The notes: generated by a model from the sequence alone, not told the origin. A stretch of DNA of 64,000 nucleotides from an uncultured Candidatus Saccharibacteria bacterium (GCA_964534365.1 CAZHOI010000001.1:55560-119559); one strand, 5' to 3'. Counted from the stretch's first letter, positions 52,152 to 61,248 are shown. Translations and numbers: made by a program.

Positions 52152-53447
52152 ATGGAAGGAGATATATCTCTATCAGAAGCAAGAGTCAGATACTGTCTAT
52201 ACGCTAGAAAATCGACCGAATCAGACGAACAACAGGCGCTGTCGATAGATTCCCAGATTAAAGAAATGCAGGCCATTGCAGAGCGCTTGAAACTCAATGT
52301 GGTGGATGTGAAGCGTGAGTCACACTCTGCTAAAGAGTCTGGCAAGCGACCAGTCTTTAAAGAGTTGCTCGGAGATATCGCAAACGAAAAATACAACGGT
52401 ATTCTCACCTGGGCACCAGATCGTCTGTCTCGAAACGCTGGTGACCTTGGTACTGTGGTTGACCTCATGGACGCAGGGAAACTGATTCATATTCAAACGT
52501 ATGGACAAACCTTCTCAAACTCACCAAACGAGAAGTTCTTACTGATGATTTTGTGCTCCCAAGCCAAGCTCGAAAACGACAACAAGAGCATTAATGTGAA
52601 GCGTGGTATGCGAGCTAGGGTTGAAATGGGCCTATGGCCCTGCAAGCCACCGACTGGCTATACTAGATTTAAACGCATTGACCAGAAGTGCGAAGCAATC
52701 CTTGATCCTGAACGCGCACCAATGATTAAACAAATGTTTGAGAAGATAGGCTATGATGGCTGGACAGGAAGAAAGCTACACTTATGGCTGAGAGATGAGA
52801 TTGATTTTAGAACTGAAAACGGCAAACATCTTTGCCTCGGCAACCTCTATCGCATAATCCAAAACCACTTTTACTACGGCAGATTTGAGTATCCCAAGAA
52901 TTCTGGCAACTGGTATGACGGTGTCCATGAACCAATCATCACCAAGGAGCTGTTTAATATCGTGCAAGAACAGATCAAAAGCCAAATCCTCGAACCACGT
53001 TCAGCCCAAAAAGAGTTCGCTTTCACTAAAACCATGACCTGCGGTCTCTGTGGCTCAGGCATTACCGCTGATGAGAAGTTTAAAAAGCAAAAGAATGGCA
53101 ATATCCACCGCTACGTTTACTACAAATGTACCCGCACCCGCGATCCTCACTGTGACTGTGGGTTTATCAATGAAAATGACCTGATAACCCAACTACAAGC
53201 CCTCTTGGATGATATAGATATCAAAGTGGTACCGATGCGAGACAAGATCACCAACGAAGTTCGCCGCTACAAGCAATTTCAGCAGATGCTCTTAGGAAAT
53301 GAGACCAAGATTTCGGTCAAAGATATTGATATCCGCAATTACTGTAAGTTTATCTTGCAAGAAGGAGACCTAGAAGAAAAGCGTGATTTTCTTAGATGTT
53401 TGAAGAGTAACGTCTATCTAAACAAAAAAGTAATCAAACTTCAGTAG
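52152..53447 (+). CDS. large serine recombinase (resolvase + recombinase + Zn-ribbon)
   Basis: LYARKST catalytic Ser, SGKRPVF, DRLSRN, HEPIIT, CGLCG...YYKC...C. Confidence 0.93.
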   Translation: MEGDISLSEARVRYCLYARKSTESDEQQALSIDSQIKEMQAIAERLKLNVVDVKRESHSAKESGKRPVFKELLGDIANEKYNGILTWAPDRLSRNAGDLGTVVDLMDAGKLIHIQTYGQTFSNSPNEKFLLMILCSQAKLENDNKSINVKRGMRARVEMGLWPCKPPTGYTRFKRIDQKCEAILDPERAPMIKQMFEKIGYDGWTGRKLHLWLRDEIDFRTENGKHLCLGNLYRIIQNHFYYGRFEYPKNSGNWYDGVHEPIITKELFNIVQEQIKSQILEPRSAQKEFAFTKTMTCGLCGSGITADEKFKKQKNGNIHRYVYYKCTRTRDPHCDCGFINENDLITQLQALLDDIDIKVVPMRDKITNEVRRYKQFQQMLLGNETKISVKDIDIRNYCKFILQEGDLEEKRDFLRCLKSNVYLNKKVIKLQ

Positions 53448-53482
53448 TTGCGACAAAGAGTAAGTATGATATATTCAACTAT

Positions 53483-53806
53483 ATGGTTGAACAAAGTATT
53501 AATTTAGACACTGTCTTTCAGGCTCTCGCCGACCAAACACGGCGGGATATCTTAAAGCGGGTGTCACAAGCCGAGCTTTCCATAAGCAAGCTCGCTGAAC
53601 CATACAAAATGTCCTTTGCAGCAATTGCTAAACATGTGGGTGTGCTCGAGCGTGCCAATTTGGTTGCTAAACGTCGTGAAGGCAAACAACAAATTATCAG
53701 TGTTGTGCCAAAGACCGTTGCCGTCGCCACGACCCATCTTGAGTTGTATGAAAAGATGTGGAATGAACGCTTCAATGCATTGGAGGTACTCCTTAATGAA
53801 AAATAA
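53483..53806 (+). CDS. ArsR/SmtB family transcriptional regulator
   Basis: VFQALADQTRRDIL...MSFAAIAKHVGVLERANLVAKRREG. Confidence 0.9.
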   Translation: MVEQSINLDTVFQALADQTRRDILKRVSQAELSISKLAEPYKMSFAAIAKHVGVLERANLVAKRREGKQQIISVVPKTVAVATTHLELYEKMWNERFNALEVLLNEK

Positions 53807-53807
53807 T

Positions 53808-54251
53808 ATGAAAACACTTACCTATTCAATTCAAATCAACAAACCACAAGAGTTTGTTTTTAATAAGCTTATAGACAAGTCTGTATATCCAGGCTGGTCC
53901 AAAGCCTGGGGTGAAGGAATGATTTACGATGGTGACTGGAAAGAGGGCGGTCACATTTCCTTTTTTGATAAAGAAAGAGGCGGTACGAAGGTAGTGATAG
54001 AAGAATATAAACCATACCAGTGTATCAAAACCAAGCACATAGCGATGGTCAATCCTCAAAACGAAGAAATATCTCTAACTGACGATATGATGAAGAAATG
54101 GATGGGTACGCGAGAGGATTACTATTTTATAGCCAACGACGATAGAACCACCACATTTGAAGTCATTATGGTTACCGATGAGGCTTTTGAAGAGATGATG
54201 AATGCGTGGTCACAAGCGCTCGTGTATTTCAAAGAAATTTGTGAAGCCTAA
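53808..54251 (+). CDS. SRPBCC (START/AHSA1) domain protein
   Basis: YSIQINKPQEFVF...GDWKEGGHISF...WSQALVYFKEICE; start taken at ATG 53808. Confidence 0.78.
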   Translation: MKTLTYSIQINKPQEFVFNKLIDKSVYPGWSKAWGEGMIYDGDWKEGGHISFFDKERGGTKVVIEEYKPYQCIKTKHIAMVNPQNEEISLTDDMMKKWMGTREDYYFIANDDRTTTFEVIMVTDEAFEEMMNAWSQALVYFKEICEA

Positions 54252-54289
54252 AGTAAAAATTATTAAACCCTAAGTTAAGTACAAAATAT

Positions 54290-54766
54290 ATGGCAACACT
54301 AAAAGTAACTGCTCCAGAACACTCACAAGACATTATTGGTGAGGTCGAAATTAACGCCCCTTTAGAGAAAGTATTTGAAGCCTTTATTAACAAAGATTTA
54401 TTCATTAAATGGTTTTGTCGTGGCAACACTGTCACAGTTAACCAGTTTGAAGGTAAGGACGGTGGCACGTGGGATATTGCTGAGCGAGACCCTGAAGGAA
54501 ATGAATGGGGCTTCTACGGTGTTTTTCACGAAATTGCTCCAAGTGAACGAATCATTTGGACGTTTGAGTTTATGGGTATACAAGAGCGAGGTCATGTCTC
54601 ACTCGAACGTATGGAGTTCACCGACGCCGGTGACGGCACGACTAAAATGAAAAGTATTTCTACCTTCCTCACCAAAGAAGACCGTGATGGCATGGTCGCC
54701 AGTGGTATGGAGGCTGGCTGGCGACAGTCAATTGAAGCCTTAGAAGAGGTGGTAAATGAGAAATAA
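54290..54766 (+). CDS. SRPBCC/AHSA1 domain protein
   Basis: INAPLEKVFEAF, GVFHEIAPSERIIWTFEF, RDGMVASGMEAGW. Confidence 0.88.
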   Translation: MATLKVTAPEHSQDIIGEVEINAPLEKVFEAFINKDLFIKWFCRGNTVTVNQFEGKDGGTWDIAERDPEGNEWGFYGVFHEIAPSERIIWTFEFMGIQERGHVSLERMEFTDAGDGTTKMKSISTFLTKEDRDGMVASGMEAGWRQSIEALEEVVNEK

Positions 54767-55244
54767 TAAATCTATGAAAAAACTAACTATCGAACGAACC
54801 TTTAATCATCCAATTGAAAAAGTCTGGGCAGCCTGGACAACTCCTGAGCTACTAGCACAGTGGTTCACCCCAACCGGAATGACCAATACGCTTGCTACCG
54901 CTGACGTGGAAGTCGGCGGCCTCTTTCGGTACTGCTTTAAGAGCGTTGAAGATGGGAAAGAGTACTATGGTCGTGGACGTTACCACACCATCACACCGAT
55001 GACGCGCCTCTCATACTACGACTCATTTACTGATGAGACCGGTGCTGACGTGCCAGCTTCACATTATGGAGCGGGTAGCGACCAGATTGAAGAGACGTTG
55101 GTAGATATTAGGTTTGAAGATTTAGGTGAACAAACTAAGATGACGATTGAGATGGAAAATCCATATGCTGACAACCCAGAAATGGCTGCACAAATGATGG
55201 CTGGCTGGAACAGTATGTTTGATAAGCTTGCAAACCTTCAATAA
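54756..55244 (+). CDS. SRPBCC/AHSA1 domain protein
   Basis: IERTFNHPIEKVWAAWTTPELLAQWF, GWNSMFDKL. Confidence 0.88.
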   Translation: MRNNKSMKKLTIERTFNHPIEKVWAAWTTPELLAQWFTPTGMTNTLATADVEVGGLFRYCFKSVEDGKEYYGRGRYHTITPMTRLSYYDSFTDETGADVPASHYGAGSDQIEETLVDIRFEDLGEQTKMTIEMENPYADNPEMAAQMMAGWNSMFDKLANLQ

Positions 55245-55245
55245 T

Positions 55246-55743
55246 ATGTTTTTGTTCGGGAAAGAAAAAACTCTGCAATTTGAAAGAGAGTTTAATGCTC
55301 CAGTTGAAAAGGTCTGGGATGCCTTTACTATCCCGACAATCCTAACACAGTGGTGGGGACCAGAAGGAACGACGATTCCAGAGTGCGAGATGGATGTAAA
55401 AGTTGGAGGTAAAATTAGAATTGTAATGGAAGCTGGTAAAAGTATGGGTTCGTATGCTGGTACCCGCTGGCCACTTGAGGGTCACTTCACGTTAGTAAAG
55501 CAACATGAACAATTACAATATGAAGCACTCGCTTGGACTGAAGGAAGGAAAGACACTACTACGATAGATCAAATAAATGATGTAACTCTTACAATAAATG
55601 GCGAAAAAACTAATATGGTTTTCATTGTCACTATTAAGAAGACGGGTATTAAAGCCAGTATGGCAGCTTTTGGTATGAAAATGGGGTATGCATCGCAATT
55701 CAAGAAATTAGAGCAATTATTTAATGCAGACAATAATCAATAA
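55246..55743 (+). CDS. SRPBCC/AHSA1 domain protein
   Basis: EREFNAPVEKVWDAFT...QWWGP...DVKVGG, GMKMGYASQFKKL. Confidence 0.85.
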   Translation: MFLFGKEKTLQFEREFNAPVEKVWDAFTIPTILTQWWGPEGTTIPECEMDVKVGGKIRIVMEAGKSMGSYAGTRWPLEGHFTLVKQHEQLQYEALAWTEGRKDTTTIDQINDVTLTINGEKTNMVFIVTIKKTGIKASMAAFGMKMGYASQFKKLEQLFNADNNQ

Positions 55744-55746
55744 TAT

Positions 55747-56103
55747 ATGAAAATTACTACAAAAATTATTCAGATACTTCTTGCGCTGTGGTTTATAGCT
55801 GGAGCGATGTATATGATGGGAAATTTCGAGTTCTTAGCCAGTGAAGCCGCCAGTACCTGGTCACAGTTGTTTTGGGTAACGCTTGGTGTGGTTCAAATAT
55901 TACTCGCACTCACTTTACTAATTGGAGCATTTTGGAAGAAAGCGCAGTCGTATGTTCCTGTGGTTGGACTGGGACTGATAATCATTACGCTTGGTGGATT
56001 ATATTGGTACAGTGCGTATAAAGGCTTTTCAGGGTCACTCTGGGCAATAGTTCCAGCCTTACTACTAGGTTGGGTAGTATACTTTTATAAAGCTAAATCA
56101 TAA
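55747..56103 (+). CDS. DoxX-like membrane protein
   Basis: Four TMs; IQILLALWFIAGA, LGVVQILLALTLL. Confidence 0.65.
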   Translation: MKITTKIIQILLALWFIAGAMYMMGNFEFLASEAASTWSQLFWVTLGVVQILLALTLLIGAFWKKAQSYVPVVGLGLIIITLGGLYWYSAYKGFSGSLWAIVPALLLGWVVYFYKAKS

Positions 56104-56390
56104 TGACAAAGACAATCACTAAAACCACCGCCTATCACGACGTTCCAAAAACTGTGTTAGCTGTACTGAAGAAAGATATGCAGCTCACTGAGATTTGGAA
56201 CGGTTTGACCGATATCCAACGCAACGAGTGGTGTTGTTACGCTGAGACTGGCAAGAAAGAAGAAACTCGAGCAGAACACCTCCGCCGGTTTGAGAGCGAC
56301 ATGAAAGCCGGTAAAAAGACGCCATGTTGTTGGCCTGGTTGTCCACATCGCAGGCCGAAAGCCGCTAAGTGGTTTGGTACTAAAAAATAA
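56103..56390 (+). CDS. YdeI/OmpD-associated family protein
   Basis: WNGLTDIQRNEW...KKEETRAEH...PCCWPGCPHR. Confidence 0.8.
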   Translation: MTKTITKTTAYHDVPKTVLAVLKKDMQLTEIWNGLTDIQRNEWCCYAETGKKEETRAEHLRRFESDMKAGKKTPCCWPGCPHRRPKAAKWFGTKK

Positions 56391-56392
56391 CT

Positions 56393-56758
56393 ATGACAAA
56401 TCACAATGTAAAGACTGTAAATGAGTTTATAAAAGAATCTGCAAAAGATGCACGACCTCACCTCAAAGAGCTTCAAGCGCTAATACAAGCAACAGTGAAG
56501 GGTGTTGAAGAGACAATTAGTTATGGTAAGCCTTACTACAAACTAAACGGTCATTTGGTTGGTTTTGATGCCTATAAGCAACATATTGGTTTTGAAATAT
56601 ATGAAGGTCAACTCGATGAGGAACATAGGTCTAAACTCGAAGAGAAAGGGTATAAAACCGGGAGCAAAGGATTTCAGATAAGTTTTGATCAAAAGGTGCC
56701 AGTTGCTATAGTAAAGAAAGTCGTTAAGCGTCAGGTCTCTGTAAATAAAAACAAATAA
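56393..56758 (+). CDS. DUF1801 (YdhG-like) domain protein
   Basis: TVNEFI...EETISYGKPYY...GFDAYKQHIG. Confidence 0.82.
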   Translation: MTNHNVKTVNEFIKESAKDARPHLKELQALIQATVKGVEETISYGKPYYKLNGHLVGFDAYKQHIGFEIYEGQLDEEHRSKLEEKGYKTGSKGFQISFDQKVPVAIVKKVVKRQVSVNKNK

Positions 56759-56771
56759 CAACATTTTCACC

Positions 56772-56812
56772 CAACACAAAAAACAGCCTCAAGTGAGGCT
56801 GTTTTTTGTGTT
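56772..56812 (+). terminator. intrinsic terminator
   Basis: CAACACAAAAAACAGCCTCA-AG-TGAGGCTGTTTTTTGTGTTG long stem with T-run. Confidence 0.75.
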
Positions 56813-56866
56813 GTTTGAGCTAGTGTTTTTGAGTCTAATTACGACCCATAAACAGCTAGCTGTCAA

Positions 56867-56941
56867 TGGTGACCCTACGGGGAATCGAACCCCGGTTTTC
56901 GCCGTGAGAGGGCGATGTCCTAGCCGCTAGACGATAGGGCC
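56867..56941 (-). tRNA. tRNA-Glu(CTC)
   Basis: Reverse complement GGCCCTATCGTCTAGCGGCTAGGACA-TCGCC CTCTCAC GGCGA-AAACCGGGGTTCGATTCCCCGTAGGGTCACCA; anticodon CTC, encoded CCA. Confidence 0.95.
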
Positions 56942-57080
56942 GTCTTTTATCATAAATAATTTTAGAAAATTATTTATTTTGGGCATAGATTTGCCACCAA
57001 ATCTATTAGCCTTGTGTAGAAATTTTAGTTTACCAAAGTATAAATATCAAATATTAAACACTGAAAGTTTGTGGCAATAC

Positions 57081-57129
57081 CAAATACCAAATACCAAATA
57101 CCAAATACCAAATACCAAATACCAAATAC
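57081..57129. repeat. heptamer tandem repeat (CAAATAC)x7
   Basis: Seven perfect copies, with degenerate flanking copies. Confidence 0.9.
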
Positions 57130-57136
57130 CAATAAA

Positions 57137-58882
57137 TTATCGATCTGGTTCGATGTTTTGATAATTAATCATAAATTTGGTTAATGACATAAACGGGTCG
57201 GTCAGAGTTTCGGACGCATATCGGGCACCTACTGGTTCTTCGTTCATTAAAAATACTACATATTTAGGTTGATAGGCTGGAAAATAACCAAAGAACGTGT
57301 GTAAATAGGCGTCTTCGCGATACGATCCGGTTGAATTGGCAATCTGAGCCGTTCCGGTTTTTGCTGCAATCGAATAATTACGCAATGACTCATCACCATT
57401 ACGCAATGCTTCATCCACTACCTTTACCAGCATATCGGTAGTGGTATTGGCAGCCTCGGCCGAAATAACTTGCACTTGATTTTGTCGCCGGGAATCTGAC
57501 CAGGTCCCTAATTCGTGCTGGACCCGCTCGACAATATAAGGTTGGGTTAATTTACCTTGATTGGCCAATATTCCTAGTGCGCGCGTTACTGCAATGGGCG
57601 ATACAGCAAATCCCTGGCCAAATGATGCGGTCACATATTCAATTTGACGCGGGGATGATAGCAATGAATTAGTCAGCGGTATTGCCTCGTTTGGTAATTC
57701 AATATTGGTCAGTTGATCTAATTGTGATTTAATAAAATAATCTTTGAAACTATCACTACCCATTTTAGTTAATAAAAATGCTGTGCCGACGTTCAGCGAT
57801 TGACTCAAAATTTCTTGCACCGCAACATTACCTCTGGCTCTACCATCGAAATTTGAAATGGTTGATTTATCAACCGTTAATTTTCCCGTATCCTCATAAT
57901 GGGTATTTTTTGTCACGACCCCTTTATCCAGCGCATATGCCATCGTCAGAGGCTTGATAATTGACCCCATTTCATAGACATTCTCGACCAGTGGATTTAC
58001 ATACACTGATGAATCAGAAACGTTGCCAAAATTATTTAGGTCAAATTTAGGGGTTGAGGCCATCGCGACAATTGCACCGGTACTGGCTTCCATCACAATT
58101 CCAGCACTACTCTTTGTAGACCAATAATTAGATGTTTGTTGAATTATCTTTTCCAACTCCGCTTGGGCTGATCGGTCAATGGTCAGATATAGATCTGACG
58201 CCAAACTGTCAGCCACTGCGTCTTTGGCTGTCATAAAGGCTTCGGCAAAAAAGTTAGTGAAAATTGAAGTTTCGCCGCGACTAAGGCTGCTTTCAAATTC
58301 TCGCTCTAGACCATAAGTTCCCACAATTTCGTCATCACTATTATAGGAAGTAAACCCAATTACGTGGGCCAGCAGATCATCGGCCGGGTAATTTCGCCAA
58401 CGCTGAGCATATACCTGGAGCCCAGCTATGCCTAGATCCTGAATCTCAATTGCTGCTGATTCAGGTAGATGCTGCAACACTTCTTCATAAGTGTCTTCCG
58501 AATCAGATATTTTATCTTTGAATCTTTCACTAAATCTAGCAAAATCTAGTTTTTGTTTCGTACCTTTGTCCAGAGCTTGGTAAATTAATTCAATATCAGA
58601 ATCAGTAATATTATTATTCAAAATACTGGGATTAACAATCAGCACATAACCTGAAGCCACATTAGCTACCGGAAAGGATTGATTGTTGCGATCGGTTACA
58701 TAAATTGAGCCCCGATCATATTCCACTACACTGGTTCGCACATATTGTGATCCGGCTTGATGGCGCAATTCGTCTCCATTTACAATTTGTACCTGATACA
58801 GCCGATAACTAATTAAAATTAAGCAGATGCTGAATACGGTAGCTAGTAATTTTATTCTTCTAGCCGACTCTCGCCTAGTCAT
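57137..58882 (-). CDS. ftsI: peptidoglycan D,D-transpeptidase (class B PBP, FtsI-like)
   Basis: RGSIYV, YEMGSIIKP (SxxK), SLNVG (SxN), KTGTAQ; dcw position. Confidence 0.9.
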   Translation of the reverse strand: MTRRESARRIKLLATVFSICLILISYRLYQVQIVNGDELRHQAGSQYVRTSVVEYDRGSIYVTDRNNQSFPVANVASGYVLIVNPSILNNNITDSDIELIYQALDKGTKQKLDFARFSERFKDKISDSEDTYEEVLQHLPESAAIEIQDLGIAGLQVYAQRWRNYPADDLLAHVIGFTSYNSDDEIVGTYGLEREFESSLSRGETSIFTNFFAEAFMTAKDAVADSLASDLYLTIDRSAQAELEKIIQQTSNYWSTKSSAGIVMEASTGAIVAMASTPKFDLNNFGNVSDSSVYVNPLVENVYEMGSIIKPLTMAYALDKGVVTKNTHYEDTGKLTVDKSTISNFDGRARGNVAVQEILSQSLNVGTAFLLTKMGSDSFKDYFIKSQLDQLTNIELPNEAIPLTNSLLSSPRQIEYVTASFGQGFAVSPIAVTRALGILANQGKLTQPYIVERVQHELGTWSDSRRQNQVQVISAEAANTTTDMLVKVVDEALRNGDESLRNYSIAAKTGTAQIANSTGSYREDAYLHTFFGYFPAYQPKYVVFLMNEEPVGARYASETLTDPFMSLTKFMINYQNIEPDR

Positions 58883-59325
58883 TAGTCGGTTTGATAACTA
58901 AGTACGGTGCTAACATCACGCGATACAAATCCAGTCGGTTCGGTTTCCTGCAGGGTTTGACCTTGGTACTGCCCAACACTGTTGCGTAATTGTTCTTCGA
59001 TATTGGTAATTCTGGTGGTTACTGACGATAGTTTATTGTTAGCTTGAATCAGATCACTTTCCAGCTGTGAATACTCGGCCGTGACCGAAACCGTTTTATT
59101 AACTAAAAATCCATAGGTAAAAGCTAACATCAACACCATAGCGACTGATAATTTCAGATAAAAATTAAACTTTTTGGGTATAGCCAAATTAATTGCATGA
59201 TAGCCTTGAACCCAGTTTCTAGATAACCACTGACTATAATTATTGGCCAAATAACTGGCCTGCGCCGACGTCCTGGTCCGGGGCTGTCGTGATGTTCTAG
59301 AAACTGTTTTCAAATTTTTGTTCAT
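58882..59325 (-). CDS. FtsL-like single-TM coiled-coil protein
   Basis: TM plus coiled coil, between rsmH and ftsI. Confidence 0.6.
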   Translation of the reverse strand: MNKNLKTVSRTSRQPRTRTSAQASYLANNYSQWLSRNWVQGYHAINLAIPKKFNFYLKLSVAMVLMLAFTYGFLVNKTVSVTAEYSQLESDLIQANNKLSSVTTRITNIEEQLRNSVGQYQGQTLQETEPTGFVSRDVSTVLSYQTD

Positions 59326-59328
59326 TTT

Positions 59329-60255
59329 TTAATTTTTTATTACGGTACGCAACGTCGCACTGCGTGATAGTCGATTGTTAATAATTTCTTTGCGACTGGG
59401 TTTGGTGGGTTTTTTATTTAGTCTTGTCAGCAAACTACGGCGTTCTAATTGGCGAAATTGCTGTTTGACCTGTCGATCTTCTATTGAATGAAAGGTTATG
59501 ACAGAGATTCGCCCCCCGGCCGGTAGTAGCTCTAGCCCTGTGTTTATTGCACGATCCAGAACTTCCAATTCCTGGTTAACTGTCATTCGCAGGGCTTGAA
59601 ATACTTTGGTAGCGGATGATTTTTCAGGTCGTTTAGCGCGTTTAGGAGTCGCTGCCTCAATTATCTGAACCAAATCGGCAACAGTGCTAAATTCTTGTTT
59701 GTCTCGATGGACCACAATTGCCCTCGCATATCGTCTTGATAATCGCTCGTCGGCCAGATGGTAGAAAATATCGGCCAACACTTCTTCCGAGAAACTGTTA
59801 AGGATCTGAGCCGCGGTTAGGGTATTTGCCTGATTGGGATCAAATCGCATGTCCAGCGGTTCGTTTAACTGCTGAAACGAGAATCCCCGGCCGCTATCTT
59901 CTAATGAACCACGTCGCAGACCTAGATCCAGCAAAATTCTATCTATTTGATCGATTCCTTGTTCCTGCACTATAGATCGAATTTGACCAAAATTTGCCTG
60001 AACTAATGTAGTTCTAGTTTGCAGATTTAGTCTCTCGAGTATTTCCCTGGATTCAGTAATTGCTAGCGGGTCAGCATCCAAGCCGATTAAGTGACCTGTG
60101 GGCGAAATTGCTTTCAAAATCGCTTGTGCATGGCCAGCATTTCCTACCGTACCGTCGACCACTATGTTTCCAGGTTTCGGATCTAGTTCGGCCACTACTT
60201 CGTCTAACAGAACTGGTTGGTGACGATTGCTCTTAGTGTCAATTGAATCAACCAT
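59329..60255 (-). CDS. rsmH: 16S rRNA m4C1402 methyltransferase
   Basis: HQPVLLDEV, VDGTVGNAGHA, PLDMRFD, FQALRMTVNQEL, ITFHSIEDR. Confidence 0.96.
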   Translation of the reverse strand: MVDSIDTKSNRHQPVLLDEVVAELDPKPGNIVVDGTVGNAGHAQAILKAISPTGHLIGLDADPLAITESREILERLNLQTRTTLVQANFGQIRSIVQEQGIDQIDRILLDLGLRRGSLEDSGRGFSFQQLNEPLDMRFDPNQANTLTAAQILNSFSEEVLADIFYHLADERLSRRYARAIVVHRDKQEFSTVADLVQIIEAATPKRAKRPEKSSATKVFQALRMTVNQELEVLDRAINTGLELLPAGGRISVITFHSIEDRQVKQQFRQLERRSLLTRLNKKPTKPSRKEIINNRLSRSATLRTVIKN

Positions 60256-60282
60256 TAATTTCTCCTGGTTTGAACCGCATGA

Positions 60283-60378
60283 TCAGGGTCGGACAATAAT
60301 GCGTTCGCGCAAGTCTTCTTTGGTAATTGGTGACACCCGAGGTACGTATGGTGATGGTTTTAATTTACGATCAAACAT
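60283..60378 (-). CDS. possible 31-aa small ORF between mraZ and rsmH
   Basis: MFDRKLKPSPYVPRVSPITKEDLRERIIVRP*; starts 11 nt after the mraZ stop and fills most of the gap. Confidence 0.3.
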   Translation of the reverse strand: MFDRKLKPSPYVPRVSPITKEDLRERIIVRP

Positions 60379-60389
60379 ATGAATATAGT

Positions 60390-60830
60390 TTATATAGCCC
60401 CCAAATCAGATAGCTGCTCTGCCATCTGATCAACACTGTCATCCAGCTGTTGCAGTTGATTTTGCCAAGTTGCCGGCTGCCATAATTCCAGATGATTGCC
60501 CACCCCAGCGATAATTACCTCGGAATCAATGTCTGTATGATTGCGCAGATTCTCGGGCAGTAAAATGCGTCCAGATTTATCCACTGTTATTTCAGTGGCA
60601 CTAGATTGTACAAATCGGTTAAATGCCCGCGCTGATCGACTACCTAATGATAAAGAGCTTAATTTGGCAGTAATTTCTTCCCAGGCTGGTTGTGAATATA
60701 CATAAGAACATCCATCCAAACCCTTGGTGACTATTACCACTTCCCCAATTGTGGCGCGGATTTTACTGGGCAGCGAAAATCGATTTTTACTATCGAGCTT
60801 ATGCTGATATTCGCCAATAAATTGATCCAT
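60390..60830 (-). CDS. mraZ: division/cell wall cluster transcriptional repressor MraZ
   Basis: FIGEYQHKLDSKNRFSLP, VDKSGRILLP, GVGNHLELW. Confidence 0.95.
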   Translation of the reverse strand: MDQFIGEYQHKLDSKNRFSLPSKIRATIGEVVIVTKGLDGCSYVYSQPAWEEITAKLSSLSLGSRSARAFNRFVQSSATEITVDKSGRILLPENLRNHTDIDSEVIIAGVGNHLELWQPATWQNQLQQLDDSVDQMAEQLSDLGAI

Positions 60831-60862
60831 AATTGGTTACCAATTAGGATTTACTGGTAGTT

Positions 60863-60908
60863 ATCCACATTTCCTACAGTTGTGAATTCATCCCACTTTA
60901 TCCCACTT
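60863..60908 (-). promoter_or_regulatory. MraZ-binding GTGGG-type repeats
   Basis: Minus strand AAGTGGGATAAAGTGGGATG...TGTAGGAAATGTGGATAA, with 10-nt spacing between boxes, upstream of mraZ. Confidence 0.65.
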
Positions 60909-60990
60909 GGTATTCATATTGTAGCACTAGGGTTAATAGCGATGCATTAGTTATCCCCTTTTATAAGTTTAGTTATGAAAAACCGCCGCA

Positions 60991-61125
60991 TCAGGAGATA
61001 CGGCGATTGGTGGGTGGCGGCGGGTTCTCGCTCTCGCAGCTCTCGTCCCGGCGGGCAAAGCCCATCACAAGCATGAGAAGCAGAAAAAGAACAATTACCA
61101 ACACGAGGAGGATTTCGGGGATCAT
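60991..61125 (-). CDS. small single-TM protein (44 aa), GC-rich
   Basis: Hand translation MIPEILLVLVIVLFLLLMLVMGFARRDESCESENPPPPTNRRIS*; TGC-TAGATT extended -10, C-rich leader, hairpin+T terminator at 60978-61010. Confidence 0.55.
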   Translation of the reverse strand: MIPEILLVLVIVLFLLLMLVMGFARRDESCESENPPPPTNRRIS

Positions 61126-61248
61126 CGCGGTTGGGGTCTAGTGTAGTTTTAATCTAGCATACTTCTAAAGGATTTATTTTTGTTGAAAAAGAAAAACCCG
61201 CCGGTTGCTGGAGTGGCAACACGACGGGTAGGTGGTAGGAAGGAAGAA

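Larger units (their letters stand above)
43894..56887. mobile_element. integrated element / genomic island at tRNA-Glu
   Basis: Bounded by 21-bp direct repeats of the tRNA 3' end; contains serine recombinase, terminase-like genes, MTase, defence-like NTPase and a cargo operon. Confidence 0.85.

Noticed and set aside
48998-53447. complete prophage
   Set aside because: No recognisable portal, capsid, tail, lysis or replication genes between the att repeats.
53616-53807. N-terminal extension of ORF 53616-54251
   Set aside because: Overlaps arsR out of frame; the SRPBCC domain starts at ATG 53808.
57081-57129. possible CRISPR array, or the ORF 56979-57161
   Set aside because: Simple 7-mer tandem repeat with no spacers and no cas genes; the ORF is just the translated repeat.
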